A stretch of DNA of 53,664 bases. It comes from a virus. Lineage: Duplodnaviria > Caudoviricetes. Numbering within the stretch: the stretch's first letter is position 1; the number at the start of each line of letters is the position of its first letter. Shown here one piece after another: positions 27,962-36,956 of the stretch. Both the position numbers and the translations under genes were made by a program. The DNA lies in the IMG/VR virus record IMGVR_UViG_3300045146_000572, positions 1 to 53,664 of that record. One strand, given 5' to 3'. A model generated the notes under the pieces. It was given only the letters and a program-made list of their open reading frames with translations. It was not told the DNA's origin and did not search any database.

Positions 27962-28668
27962 GGTTTACTGTCTTTATCTGTGCAAATAAAATAATCCATT
28001 TCAGTGTCTACATCATCAGGAGGAATTACTTTGTATCCGGGCAAACAAAGACTGAAATCATCATCACATGGAACCAAGTCGCTTAATTCACAACCACATT
28101 CACCGTCATTTACCAGTCCATCGAATCCGTTATTTTTTAAAAATCTTTTTATAATCTCTAAACAATTCATTTTCTTCCCGATCGTGCTGTACTCTGTTAT
28201 TACTTTATTCTTTTCAAGCCGAATAGTTGTAGCAAGTATATAAGCACAATCTTCATCGTGATTCATATCCCCCAATAAAAGGTTGGTGTCTCTAGAAACC
28301 CTCTCACTTGATGAACAGTATGGACACTCCCAATAATCATGACCATTTGGGTTATTGACGTATGTTGGATTGCTTCCAATTACTTTATCTATCAACAAGA
28401 TGATTTTTTTTTCAGTCTCTGTCATTGAATTTCCTTCGGCAAGTCCTGTTGATCCTGCCATCGCAAAACACGCTTCTTCGCTGCCGTTTTCGATTCCGGC
28501 AATAATATCTTCAAAGTGCACAGCCAGATTCCATATTTTATATGTAGGATATTCGAACTTTTTGATGACAATTCCGTTTTTAGATAATTCAAGAGTAGAC
28601 GTGCCGTTGATGCACTTTAACTCGTTGATCCTATACTCCTTAAGCTCGATATCAAAACACTCACTCAT
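27943..28668 (-). CDS. Hypothetical Cys-rich, apparently multi-module protein
   Basis: AAGGAG RBS; CPYC...H...C and ECGCELSDLVPC modules. Confidence 0.6.
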   Translation of the reverse strand: MSECFDIELKEYRINELKCINGTSTLELSKNGIVIKKFEYPTYKIWNLAVHFEDIIAGIENGSEEACFAMAGSTGLAEGNSMTETEKKIILLIDKVIGSNPTYVNNPNGHDYWECPYCSSSERVSRDTNLLLGDMNHDEDCAYILATTIRLEKNKVITEYSTIGKKMNCLEIIKRFLKNNGFDGLVNDGECGCELSDLVPCDDDFSLCLPGYKVIPPDDVDTEMDYFICTDKDSKPWEWIY

Positions 28669-28743
28669 TTTGTTCTCCTTTGCTTGTCTTTTTTTGCATT
28701 AAATGAAATGCAAAGCGATTTGCACCTCATAGATTAAATACTA

Positions 28744-28882
28744 ATCCGGCGGCAGGACTCGAACCTACACGGCTTTGGGATGCCTCTGCACAAGTCATAT
28801 TGTCCCACCCTGCTTTCCCGAAATTGCGGTTATACAGTTCCTCAATATTACCCTCATAGCGTCTACATTTCGCCACGCCGGA
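28744..28882 (-). ncRNA. tRNA-like RNA (Leu/Ser-type D arm) with greatly enlarged anticodon arm
   Basis: Acceptor TCCGGCG/CGCCGGA; D arm GCGAAATGTAGACGC; T arm GTAGG-TTCGAGT-CCTGC; about 90 nt between D and T arms; no canonical anticodon loop or encoded CCA. Confidence 0.75.
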
Positions 28883-28890
28883 ATCATTAT

Positions 28891-29142
28891 CTACTCACCG
28901 TTGCAATTGTGCATCTCGTCGAGAACGCGATCAAGGGCATCTTCTTCATTTTTATAAGACCCCATGCCTGTCGTTCCATCGTTGCATTCAGTCTGCACTA
29001 CATAGATGTCCGTGCTGTCGACATAGTTCACAGACGACGATTTGAATCCGCCATGATCAACACCTTCACTCTTGCAGGCAGTAAAAACGCAGGAAATCAA
29101 TACTGCAGCAAAGAATAAAACCGTGAACTTTAACGTTTTCAT
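28891..29142 (-). CDS. Lipoprotein
   Basis: MKTLKFTVLFFAAVLISCVFTA-C signal and lipobox; AGGAG RBS. Confidence 0.7.
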   Translation of the reverse strand: MKTLKFTVLFFAAVLISCVFTACKSEGVDHGGFKSSSVNYVDSTDIYVVQTECNDGTTGMGSYKNEEDALDRVLDEMHNCNGE

Positions 29143-29176
29143 TTCACTTCTCCTTTGTAAATTTCCAATCACTTTT

Positions 29177-29527
29177 TCAATCGTCAACCTCAGCCCCCTG
29201 TTCATCAAAATCAAATTGATACCCTTTGGGGATCAGCTCCTCTTTTATGGTTTCTCCGGTTTGAATGTCGGTGAATACAAACATGTCACGAACGATTTGT
29301 TTTTCACATTGCACTTCCCTGACCTCACTTCCACGTGCAACAGCAGAAACAAGCATATTGATGGCTACCTGCAGGGCATTAATTTTGCCACCCTCCTCTT
29401 TCTTCACCTGGTCGAGGCGCCCTTTTATTTGTTCGAGTTCGATCAGTTTCGCGACCACATCATCACGCATTTTTTTAAGCTCTGCATCCTTGAATACATA
29501 AGTGACCATGACAACATCTGTGACCAT
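29177..29527 (-). CDS. Hypothetical protein (small coiled-coil phage protein)
   Basis: GSEVREVQC...DIQTGETI; GGAGG RBS. Confidence 0.6.
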   Translation of the reverse strand: MVTDVVMVTYVFKDAELKKMRDDVVAKLIELEQIKGRLDQVKKEEGGKINALQVAINMLVSAVARGSEVREVQCEKQIVRDMFVFTDIQTGETIKEELIPKGYQFDFDEQGAEVDD

Positions 29528-29568
29528 ATTTCCTCCGTTATTTAAAGGGGGACGGTTGCCCCCCCTGG

Positions 29569-30645
29569 TTATTCAAAAAGAGACGTCCTGTAATTTGCGA
29601 AAACTTTCAGAATCGCATCTTTGATCTTTTCGTTTCGCTCCCGCAAGGTTGCAAGGTATTCGTCAAACGTTTCCAGGCCGGCGTCAGACAAAAATTTCAT
29701 CTTTCCGTTTTCGCTCAGCCCATTGAACGCAGCCGTGAGATCATGGTTAAACTTCTGGACATAATCTGCCCCCAAAATGGGAACCGCCTGGTTATCGGTT
29801 TGAGGAGGAACCTGTTCCGGCTTCACCGCTGCAGCCTTTTTACTTTTCGCTGCCTTTTTCAGACCTGACTCCTCTTCGCCTGCAGGCTTTTTATCATAAT
29901 CTTCCCATTTTGATTGTCCGTCCAGCATTGATTGGTAAATTGCTCTGAGCTCTGCAACTTCCGCAGGCTGACACTCATCAAGTGTATGACCGAGATACTT
30001 TTCGATTTTTTCTGAGCCGATTCCGAGTTCCACGAATGAGGCAGCAATTGCCTTTTTCGCAGCGTCAGGATCTTTGGCTGCTTTGCTGGTAAGGGTCTTT
30101 TTGACAGCCACCAATGCATCCTCAATATAATCGGATGGCATCAATTGCAGGATGCAATTCCTGACAAGGATGGCGCCCCTCCTGAACGTCAACTCTCTGA
30201 GATCACGTTCATCTGGAACCACCCAGCCACCCTCTTTCCGATAGATCAGTTTCAGAAAATCGTCCTCATACTCAACTCTTGTGTTTGTTTCCAAATCCCA
30301 TGCCCATCCCCTTATCAGCCTGCTTTTATCGTCATCCCTGACGATATACATTCCATAACGGATATTCCCCCATGCCCTGGCCATCTCCCTGGCCAAGTTG
30401 ACGCTTGCACCTGAAACCTGTTTTCCGCCTCTCGGAAAAGCGTATCTCGCTTTCTCCGCGAACGCAGTTCTTTTGCAGCTGTGCATGATTTTTGTATAAG
30501 CGGTCATTTCGCCCCTGGGGAGGGCTTTGGCCACCTGGATCATGCCGAGGATTTCCGTCACGCTGTTTGACTGCATTGCGGTTGTCGAGAGCTCATTCGC
30601 CTGGTTGGATACAAGAACCTCACCGGCTTTCATCAATTCATTCAT
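29569..30645 (-). CDS. Putative single-strand annealing/recombination protein
   Basis: YAFPRGGKQVSGASVNLAREMARAWGN motif; adjacent to exonuclease; function inferred. Confidence 0.55.
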   Translation of the reverse strand: MNELMKAGEVLVSNQANELSTTAMQSNSVTEILGMIQVAKALPRGEMTAYTKIMHSCKRTAFAEKARYAFPRGGKQVSGASVNLAREMARAWGNIRYGMYIVRDDDKSRLIRGWAWDLETNTRVEYEDDFLKLIYRKEGGWVVPDERDLRELTFRRGAILVRNCILQLMPSDYIEDALVAVKKTLTSKAAKDPDAAKKAIAASFVELGIGSEKIEKYLGHTLDECQPAEVAELRAIYQSMLDGQSKWEDYDKKPAGEEESGLKKAAKSKKAAAVKPEQVPPQTDNQAVPILGADYVQKFNHDLTAAFNGLSENGKMKFLSDAGLETFDEYLATLRERNEKIKDAILKVFANYRTSLFE

Positions 30646-30928
30646 TTTTTACCTCCGTTTTAGTTGCTGCATTTATAAGATTGTCTTCGATTTTTTTTAC
30701 AAATCTCTCGATCAGTTTGATTCTGAATTCGCCATCTGTTCTCCTTGCACCATCAAAATAATCTTCGACGGATGCTACGACAACATTATAGCCGAGGATT
30801 TTGCGCTGTACAGCTTCGATTCTTGGTTGGATAAAACTATAAATCGCCGACCACTCTTCATTCATAACACGGTTGACTATTCCCTCCGCTTTTTTCTTTA
30901 TTGCATCGTCCATCATTTTATACCTCAC
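30638..30928 (-). CDS. Hypothetical protein
   Basis: Coupled ORF. Confidence 0.5.
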   Translation of the reverse strand: MRYKMMDDAIKKKAEGIVNRVMNEEWSAIYSFIQPRIEAVQRKILGYNVVVASVEDYFDGARRTDGEFRIKLIERFVKKIEDNLINAATKTEVKNE

Positions 30929-31710
30929 GTTTTTCTATACTTGCATGATTTAAAGTATCCGCACCACTTGGCTGAGCACCACCAATTAGATGAATCTGTC
31001 GGGATGAAAACACCTTTTTCTATGGCAGAGGAAACCGCTTCCACTTTCAGCAAAAAAGCGTTTATCTGTGCCTGGGTTCGACGTGCCTTTAACGAAACCG
31101 TTTTTGGCACCTTCAAATCTACAAGATAATCCAGGCAGTAAAGACGGCCAGGGTCTCGCTCAAACGATTCTTCCATCGCGAACGCATACATCGTCAGCTG
31201 ATCAGAAATTTCAGCAGTATCTTCGCTGGGTGACTTTGCTGTTGTTTTTGTATCCCTGACGGTTCCATCGGTTTCAATGACGTCAATTTTTCCGACCAGC
31301 CCAAAAGGGTATCCCTGCAGTTCAAGCTCCCAATCTGCCTGCACACGCAATGGACTGATAACAGGTGCAAACTTTGCATGATGCAACTTGCTTAAAAGCA
31401 CAGCAGAATCAATTGTGAGGCCTTTAACTTTTCTTATCCCGATCTTCGCTTCTTCATCATCCAGCAGGACGCCGGCCACGAAACCGGTTTCCACCGTTTC
31501 CGCTGCGATGGTCGCAACATCTTCCGGTTCTAATAATTGACCGGTCTCGATCTTATTATTAAGGTTATGGTCAACTGACTTGTCGACCGCACTGCCTTTG
31601 ATAAGCGAGACCCCTGGTGGAACTCGGTCGCCCTGGACGTATCTTCTGCGATATTGTTCACCACATTTCATGAACATGGAAATCTGGGTGAAACTCAAGT
31701 TTTTGATCAT
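30925..31710 (-). CDS. PD-(D/E)XK (RecB/Cas4-like) exonuclease
   Basis: LSFTQISMFMKC; GKIDVI...VRDTKTT; QLTMYA; CSAKWCGYFKSC. Confidence 0.88.
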   Translation of the reverse strand: MIKNLSFTQISMFMKCGEQYRRRYVQGDRVPPGVSLIKGSAVDKSVDHNLNNKIETGQLLEPEDVATIAAETVETGFVAGVLLDDEEAKIGIRKVKGLTIDSAVLLSKLHHAKFAPVISPLRVQADWELELQGYPFGLVGKIDVIETDGTVRDTKTTAKSPSEDTAEISDQLTMYAFAMEESFERDPGRLYCLDYLVDLKVPKTVSLKARRTQAQINAFLLKVEAVSSAIEKGVFIPTDSSNWWCSAKWCGYFKSCKYRKT

Positions 31711-32360
31711 CTTTTCCCCCTTACACTCATCCCCTCGATGATTTCAATTTTGAGCCCTGGTATTGATTTCACGATTCCTGAAAGCACTACAGTTTTCACC
31801 CTGGCCAGATCAACCTGTTTCACGATATATTGATCGGGAACCTTGTCAATATCAACGACCTCGATTTCAACGGTTCGCCTGGATACTGCAGAAGCAATAG
31901 AACCTGACGGTTTCGCGATGGTTGCGCTTGGAACCGCCGGCATGGTGACAGTCTGCTCCTCAACATTTCCAGAAGCGATTGCCTGCAGTTCACGGCGCCT
32001 GGCTTCGGCCTGTTGACGTTGAAGTTCTTCCTGGGCTCTCTTCCGCTGTTCGATCAAAAACCTGCTTAACTGTTGCTCAGCCATGTTTTTCACGTACTCG
32101 ATCCGCTGCAAGAGTATCTTGTATGGTTCCTCTGTCTGGACAATTTTCTCGCGCAATGGCCGGATGGCATCCTTGCGTTTTTGGTCGATTTCAGTGATCG
32201 ATTTTTTCAGCAGGGAAACAAAGTCAATAACGGTTCCCTGGTTTTCGGATGTTATGGTTATTCCGGTTACCTGTTTTTCGACATTCTCGACCTGTTGCCG
32301 GTATGATGTCAATTCCGTTGCTTCCTGCTTTACGTCATCCTTTGCATTGTTCATAATCAT
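31707..32360 (-). CDS. Coiled-coil recombination-module protein (Gp157/Gam-like)
   Basis: Coiled coil with EVVDIDKVPDQY...IPGLKI C-terminus. Confidence 0.55.
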   Translation of the reverse strand: MIMNNAKDDVKQEATELTSYRQQVENVEKQVTGITITSENQGTVIDFVSLLKKSITEIDQKRKDAIRPLREKIVQTEEPYKILLQRIEYVKNMAEQQLSRFLIEQRKRAQEELQRQQAEARRRELQAIASGNVEEQTVTMPAVPSATIAKPSGSIASAVSRRTVEIEVVDIDKVPDQYIVKQVDLARVKTVVLSGIVKSIPGLKIEIIEGMSVRGKR

Positions 32361-32365
32361 CTTCC

Positions 32366-32539
32366 TTAATAACCTTTAGCCGAAATGATCTCATCCAATG
32401 CTTTGTGCAGCAATTGCTCCGCATATTGGTTGATCTTCTTGGCTTCACGTTCGCAGACAAGGACAAGTTTCCGGTGAACAGCTTTGGAAACCTGCAGACC
32501 TTTTGTCTTTTCGATTTTCGGTTTTTGTTTTTCAGCCAT
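32366..32539 (-). CDS. Ribbon-helix-helix (Arc-like) DNA-binding protein, 57 aa, not in ORF track
   Basis: AAAGGAG RBS; MAEKQKPKIEKTKGLQVSKAVHRKLVLVCEREAKKINQYAEQLLHKALDEII. Confidence 0.7.
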   Translation of the reverse strand: MAEKQKPKIEKTKGLQVSKAVHRKLVLVCEREAKKINQYAEQLLHKALDEIISAKGY

Positions 32540-32572
32540 GATTTACTCCTTTGGTTAGTTAGCTGGTTTAAT

Positions 32573-32601
32573 AATATACAAAAAAAAGTAAAATATTTCA
32601 A
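32573..32601 (-). promoter_or_regulatory. Promoter TTGAAA-17-TATATT
   Basis: Upstream of the RHH/recombination operon. Confidence 0.65.
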
Positions 32602-32607
32602 ATTATT

Positions 32608-33117
32608 TTAAAACGTTCTAAAGGCAGCAAGTTTCAGGGATGGGAAGTCAACTGCAATAAACCTCTCGCCTTTTTTGTACCTCACCGCCTGGCTATCGCT
32701 TAAAACTTCACGCAGCAAATGATCCTCAAATATCTCTGCGACCAACTTTCCATTCAAGTATACATTGATATCGTCAAGGGCTTCACTGTTTTCTTTTCTC
32801 AATTCGACAACTTTGGTATCCTTCGAATAGAAAAATGAGATCCTTGCCTTTATACGTAGACAGAAATGGAATTCCTGAATATCTGAGGTCACACTTAAAT
32901 GGGAACCAAAAATCCTGGCTTTGCTTCCCTGCCGGCAGAACCTGCAGTCCACTATTTCATTTGTACCAGATTTTTTATAATCACGAAAAAACCGCCTGGC
33001 GCCATCCGCTGAATCGAAATATATTGTAAAGCAGCCCTGGCCGTCCGTCAGGTAATACTTCCCTGAGCCTGCAATCGACGTATCCCGATAGACTCCGCCT
33101 TTTAATTTTCTAACCAT
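32608..33117 (-). CDS. Hypothetical protein
   Basis: GAGGTG RBS. Confidence 0.6.
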   Translation of the reverse strand: MVRKLKGGVYRDTSIAGSGKYYLTDGQGCFTIYFDSADGARRFFRDYKKSGTNEIVDCRFCRQGSKARIFGSHLSVTSDIQEFHFCLRIKARISFFYSKDTKVVELRKENSEALDDINVYLNGKLVAEIFEDHLLREVLSDSQAVRYKKGERFIAVDFPSLKLAAFRTF

Positions 33118-33157
33118 TATTCACCTCGCAAAAAAAGAGCCCCCCCCTGGCGCCTGG

Positions 33158-33985
33158 TTAATTTTTCAATTCGATCATTGCTGCAGCAAGTTGATGCAAA
33201 GCCTGGTTGAGATTCACATCTCTCTTGATGTTTTTAACAGCCCTGGTCGTGTGGGCTTTCAGCCGTCCGCTTTCGTCATTTTTGTAATAACGAATCCCGC
33301 CTTTTAAAGCATTCTCCTGGACGATATTAAAAGTCCGCCACAATGAATTATCTTCTCGGTCTGCATATCTCCGTACTGTGAGCAGCCTGTTCGCGGGGAA
33401 TGGCTGGTCATCTCCGTAAATCGCTTTCATGGCTGATTGCGCGAAAACACCTTTTTCCACTTCCGTCAATTCAATGTTGCGCATGTCCTCGATCTGCTTA
33501 ACCACTTTCGGAGCACCTCCAAGCATTCTGTTTGAAATTTCGTTGACCTCGGCATTCGTGACCTTAACATGTTTCAGGCGAAAACTTCCAAGTTGATCTC
33601 CGACGACAATGCCGTTTGAACATACATGTCTAAAGATTCCGAAGCTGAACCGATAGCTTGTTCGCCCATCGAATGAATTGATAAGAACCGCCTGCAGAAA
33701 TTCTTCATTGAGAATAAGGTCTGGGTGAGCAAGTTTCACCATATGTCTCTGGAATCCCCTTTCCTCCGTATCCTCCCTCTGCTGCACCTGCCTTGCATGG
33801 GTCACGACCCACCCTTTATCCATGAGCCAGTTTACAACGTCAATCGTCGAAATCGGTGCATACTTATCGGTCAGATGGCTTGCCCCTCTTACGGCCAGCG
33901 TACTCGGCGCCTGCTTTGCCAAAGCCTCAAGGCTGATTTTGTGATTCTCGATCCAATTTGTAGAATCAATCGTTCGATGATACAT
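33158..33985 (-). CDS. DUF932/DUF945 family protein
   Basis: KYAPISTIDVV, GFQRHMVKL, LINSFDG, GIFRHVCSNG, LWRTFNIVQEN..KGG. Confidence 0.9.
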   Translation of the reverse strand: MYHRTIDSTNWIENHKISLEALAKQAPSTLAVRGASHLTDKYAPISTIDVVNWLMDKGWVVTHARQVQQREDTEERGFQRHMVKLAHPDLILNEEFLQAVLINSFDGRTSYRFSFGIFRHVCSNGIVVGDQLGSFRLKHVKVTNAEVNEISNRMLGGAPKVVKQIEDMRNIELTEVEKGVFAQSAMKAIYGDDQPFPANRLLTVRRYADREDNSLWRTFNIVQENALKGGIRYYKNDESGRLKAHTTRAVKNIKRDVNLNQALHQLAAAMIELKN

Positions 33986-33996
33986 AGTAACCTCCT

Positions 33997-34446
33997 TTAT
34001 TGTTTTAAAATGCCGGCGTCAGAAAATGAGTAATATTCGCCGGATGGTTTTTTGGTGTTCGTGCCTATTACAAGATGATCAAGAACAGCAATTCCCAGGA
34101 ATTTACTTGCCTGGACAAAAACGTCAGTCAAAGATTTATCTTCTTCTGATGGCATTGTATTTCCACTTGGATGATTGTGTACCAGACCGATTCTTGCAGT
34201 TCCGTTTATGATTGCAGTTCTGAAAATTTGAGCAGGCTTAACAACAGCTTCATCAAGCGACCCCATAGCGACCACATTCACCCATATGATTCCTTTCCGA
34301 GTATTAAAGCCGAAAACCGTCATAACTTCCTGGAACCTGGTAGTACAGAAATGCTTTGAATAAAAGGCTGCAGCCTTTTCATAAAATGCCTTACTGTCGG
34401 AAACAATAAAGTCACCACTCTCACGAATAAAGGTTTTCATGACCAC
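33997..34446 (-). CDS. RadC-like JAB domain protein
   Basis: QE...HNHPSGNTMPSEED...LGIAVLDHLVIG...YYSF. Confidence 0.92.
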   Translation of the reverse strand: MVMKTFIRESGDFIVSDSKAFYEKAAAFYSKHFCTTRFQEVMTVFGFNTRKGIIWVNVVAMGSLDEAVVKPAQIFRTAIINGTARIGLVHNHPSGNTMPSEEDKSLTDVFVQASKFLGIAVLDHLVIGTNTKKPSGEYYSFSDAGILKQ

Positions 34447-34610
34447 CTCCTGCCTTGTTGGAATAGAAATAATAACTTTTCATCGTCGCTTTCTCCTTTA
34501 TTTAATTCTTTTAATAATTTAAAAAATATTAAAAAATATGCAAGTTAAATTTTAAAATATTTTAAAACAGCAGGGACAAGAATGTGACGGTTGCCGGCGG
34601 ATTGTCAGCG

Positions 34611-34688
34611 TCAAAAACTGTTATGTCTCCGTCCGACAACCTGGGTTCTGACGCACTCCCAGGTTCCGTTTTTATCTTTCCTAACCAT
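34611..34688 (-). CDS. Small ORF (25 aa)
   Basis: AAAGGAG RBS; MVRKDKNGTWECVRTQVVGRRHNSF. Confidence 0.35.
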   Translation of the reverse strand: MVRKDKNGTWECVRTQVVGRRHNSF

Positions 34689-34741
34689 TGTTTTCTCCTT
34701 TGTTAAATTGGTGCGGGACAAAGCCCGCACCTGGTTATCGG

Positions 34742-35194
34742 TTATCCCTGATAGAGCCAGCGTTCAGCCTCATAATAATCGAGGCGCCGTTTCATTGTTT
34801 GACGAATTTCCTGGTCGCGCTGGTATTCAGCCTCTCGTGCCTCTTCTTCACGTTTTTCAACGATGGCGTCCTGACTGTTCCAATCCCTCACGTCCATACT
34901 CGGCGTATACTCCCACCATCCGCATTTTATGGAAATCAAACGTTCTGCAGCAAAGCATCGAAATTCGCCTTTTTGAATATCAAAAATCGTAAAGATATTT
35001 TCAGGTCTTTGCGTGCCGGTTCCTTTGACGCCTTTGCGAACGCCGATTCTGGCAACCATGTGGCGAATAGTGCCATCTTTCTTTTCGAAGGTCAGCGAAA
35101 AAAATTTGCCGCCGGTCTTGCGCAGCATGGCAGCGATATTCAGGTCGCCCTTGCTGATGATCATTTCGTCTGCGGTCATTTTATAGTTTTTCAT
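34742..35194 (-). CDS. SH3/WYL_2-like beta-barrel protein
   Basis: FFSLTFEKKDGTIRHM...IFDIQKGEFRCF. Confidence 0.75.
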   Translation of the reverse strand: MKNYKMTADEMIISKGDLNIAAMLRKTGGKFFSLTFEKKDGTIRHMVARIGVRKGVKGTGTQRPENIFTIFDIQKGEFRCFAAERLISIKCGWWEYTPSMDVRDWNSQDAIVEKREEEAREAEYQRDQEIRQTMKRRLDYYEAERWLYQG

Positions 35195-35208
35195 GACTTT
35201 CTCCTTTA

Positions 35209-35406
35209 TTAAAAGTTTGTGAGTTCTGTTAAAAAGGCTTCTGCTTTAATCGCATCTAATTCGTTCATCATTGTGAACGTTTCTTCACAATCGTAAAAAT
35301 TTACGATGATGTGTAACTTTGTATATAATATTCTGCTCTCAAAAACTTTTTCAGCATTGGCTCTGCTACTGAACTCGATCTTGTTGTTTTTTCTGTAAAT
35401 TTTCAT
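35209..35406 (-). CDS. Hypothetical protein
   Basis: Start MKIYRK downstream of the promoter; the longer track ORF overlaps the promoter. Confidence 0.55.
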   Translation of the reverse strand: MKIYRKNNKIEFSSRANAEKVFESRILYTKLHIIVNFYDCEETFTMMNELDAIKAEAFLTELTNF

Positions 35407-35446
35407 CTTATTATTTCCTTTTTTTATTTCTTTTTTCATCTGATTA

Positions 35447-35475
35447 AATATATTAAATATTTTATAATTTGTCAA
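35447..35475 (-). promoter_or_regulatory. Sigma70-type promoter TTGACA-17-TATATT
   Basis: Near-consensus boxes with AT-rich upstream region. Confidence 0.8.
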
Positions 35476-35543
35476 GTATTTTTTTTAATTTTTTTGAAAA
35501 AAATGCAATTTTTTTAAAATATTTTATTGAACACCTGCAGCCA

Positions 35544-35579
35544 ATAAAAAAGGGGAACACTCTTGCGAATGCTCCCCTT
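35544..35579 (-). terminator. Intrinsic terminator after Ro60
   Basis: AAGGGGAGCA/TGTTCCCCTT hairpin followed by a T run. Confidence 0.7.
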
Positions 35580-35606
35580 GCCTGGTCTCCTTATTTAATT
35601 TGCAGG

Positions 35607-36956
35607 TCAGCCGTGCAGTTCTTTCTCAATTATAAACCTGACCACTTCGCTTGAGAATCCGTCAATGTGGGTCACGACATTTCCGTAACCGATTCCATTC
35701 CTGTAGGTGCCAACATTCATGACGTAAACTCGATCAAAGCCTTTAAATGAAACATCATCATGAGTCTGTCCATCCGTGATGACGATCAACCGCTGGTCTT
35801 TGGTCAGCAGCCCCTTTGCCTCTGCCTGGTTCATGCTCTCCATTAGATACGTTCCTGAATTTGAGTCCACTTTCCGGCGTATTGCATCGCCCAGGGAAAA
35901 TCCCTTGCGGAGCGGAATTTCGTGATATTTGTCCCCGAAAACGCCGGCAATCAAATGGTCACACAGACCGGAAAGTAAAACCGCCAAGGAAATAGCAGCG
36001 TCAACCCTTTTCATGTCAGATTTTCCGCTCATTTTCGAAAACATCGAACCGGAACCGTCAACCAGGAGAAACGTCTTGCCCTGCAGCTTAAATTCGCCGG
36101 CTGTTGCAATAGACCTGAAAAATGCATCTTCGAGAGCCTGTTCAAAGCGAGGTGCCTCTCTTGCTGCAGCAATGAATCGATACGGAGATATCCGGTCGAC
36201 CTGCATATTGTTTAAGGCATTGATGATAAATTCAGGATCGACATGAGCTTCGGCCATATTCCGCAGGTTGCGAATCAATGCAAGTCCACCAAGTTTATTT
36301 GCCTGCAACAGGCGAGTCCATTTTGTTTTTTTATCAACTCCGTCATTCGCGCTCAGAGAAACCTCCCAGGTGTCAGGAATATCCATGGAGCCTGTTTTGA
36401 TTTTGTTATAAAGCAGGCTACGCTCTTCATTTTCCGGCTTCGGGTGAGTCAGCCTCATGATATCGATCAACCGGATGTCGCGCTGGCGGTCGTACTTTGC
36501 CAGCTGGTATTCGTTGAACTTTGCAAAGGCAAGACCGATCCCTTTTTTAAGCTGTTTCGGGATCCCCTTCCGTCCGTAAACTTTCCAGTAAATCGCGACG
36601 ATTTCCATAAGTTCATCAGCCCTGGCAATTGTATCGTAAACGAATCCACTCAAAGCAAAGTTTTTCGCCTGCTCTGCCAATATGCTTAACATGAGCAGGG
36701 GAGCGTGTCTCAGATTCATTCTGTGCCTTGCATCAAAAGCAAGTTTAGCGACTTCCTTTGCTTTTCCTTCTGAAACAAGCAAAGCGATCAAGTCTTTGAT
36801 TCTGGTTGCAATCTCCTGACCGGATTCATAAAAGGTGTCCTCCCATAACAGGCAGCCCATGACAGACCGTCTCAATTGCTGCAGGTTATCAATACGGACA
36901 GCCCTTCCGCCTTCATGAGTGACGATTTTTCGATTCTGGGGAAAATTGGTTTTCAT
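35607..36956 (-). CDS. Ro60/Rsr-like TROVE + vWA RNA-binding protein
   Basis: THEGG, LRRSVMGCLLWEDTFYESG, IARADEL, FAKFNEYQLAKY, LTHPKP, TWEV.LS, ALIRNLRNM, LVDGSGSM (MIDAS), IVITDGQ, IDGFS; start at 36956 with AAGGAG RBS. Confidence 0.95.
   Translation of the reverse strand: MKTNFPQNRKIVTHEGGRAVRIDNLQQLRRSVMGCLLWEDTFYESGQEIATRIKDLIALLVSEGKAKEVAKLAFDARHRMNLRHAPLLMLSILAEQAKNFALSGFVYDTIARADELMEIVAIYWKVYGRKGIPKQLKKGIGLAFAKFNEYQLAKYDRQRDIRLIDIMRLTHPKPENEERSLLYNKIKTGSMDIPDTWEVSLSANDGVDKKTKWTRLLQANKLGGLALIRNLRNMAEAHVDPEFIINALNNMQVDRISPYRFIAAAREAPRFEQALEDAFFRSIATAGEFKLQGKTFLLVDGSGSMFSKMSGKSDMKRVDAAISLAVLLSGLCDHLIAGVFGDKYHEIPLRKGFSLGDAIRRKVDSNSGTYLMESMNQAEAKGLLTKDQRLIVITDGQTHDDVSFKGFDRVYVMNVGTYRNGIGYGNVVTHIDGFSSEVVRFIIEKELHG

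Noticed and set aside
30925-31710. Cas4 as part of a CRISPR system
   Set aside because: Solo nuclease in a recombination module, no array or other cas genes
32335-32601. 88-aa track ORF
   Set aside because: Overlaps a promoter; the frame with the RBS is 32366-32539
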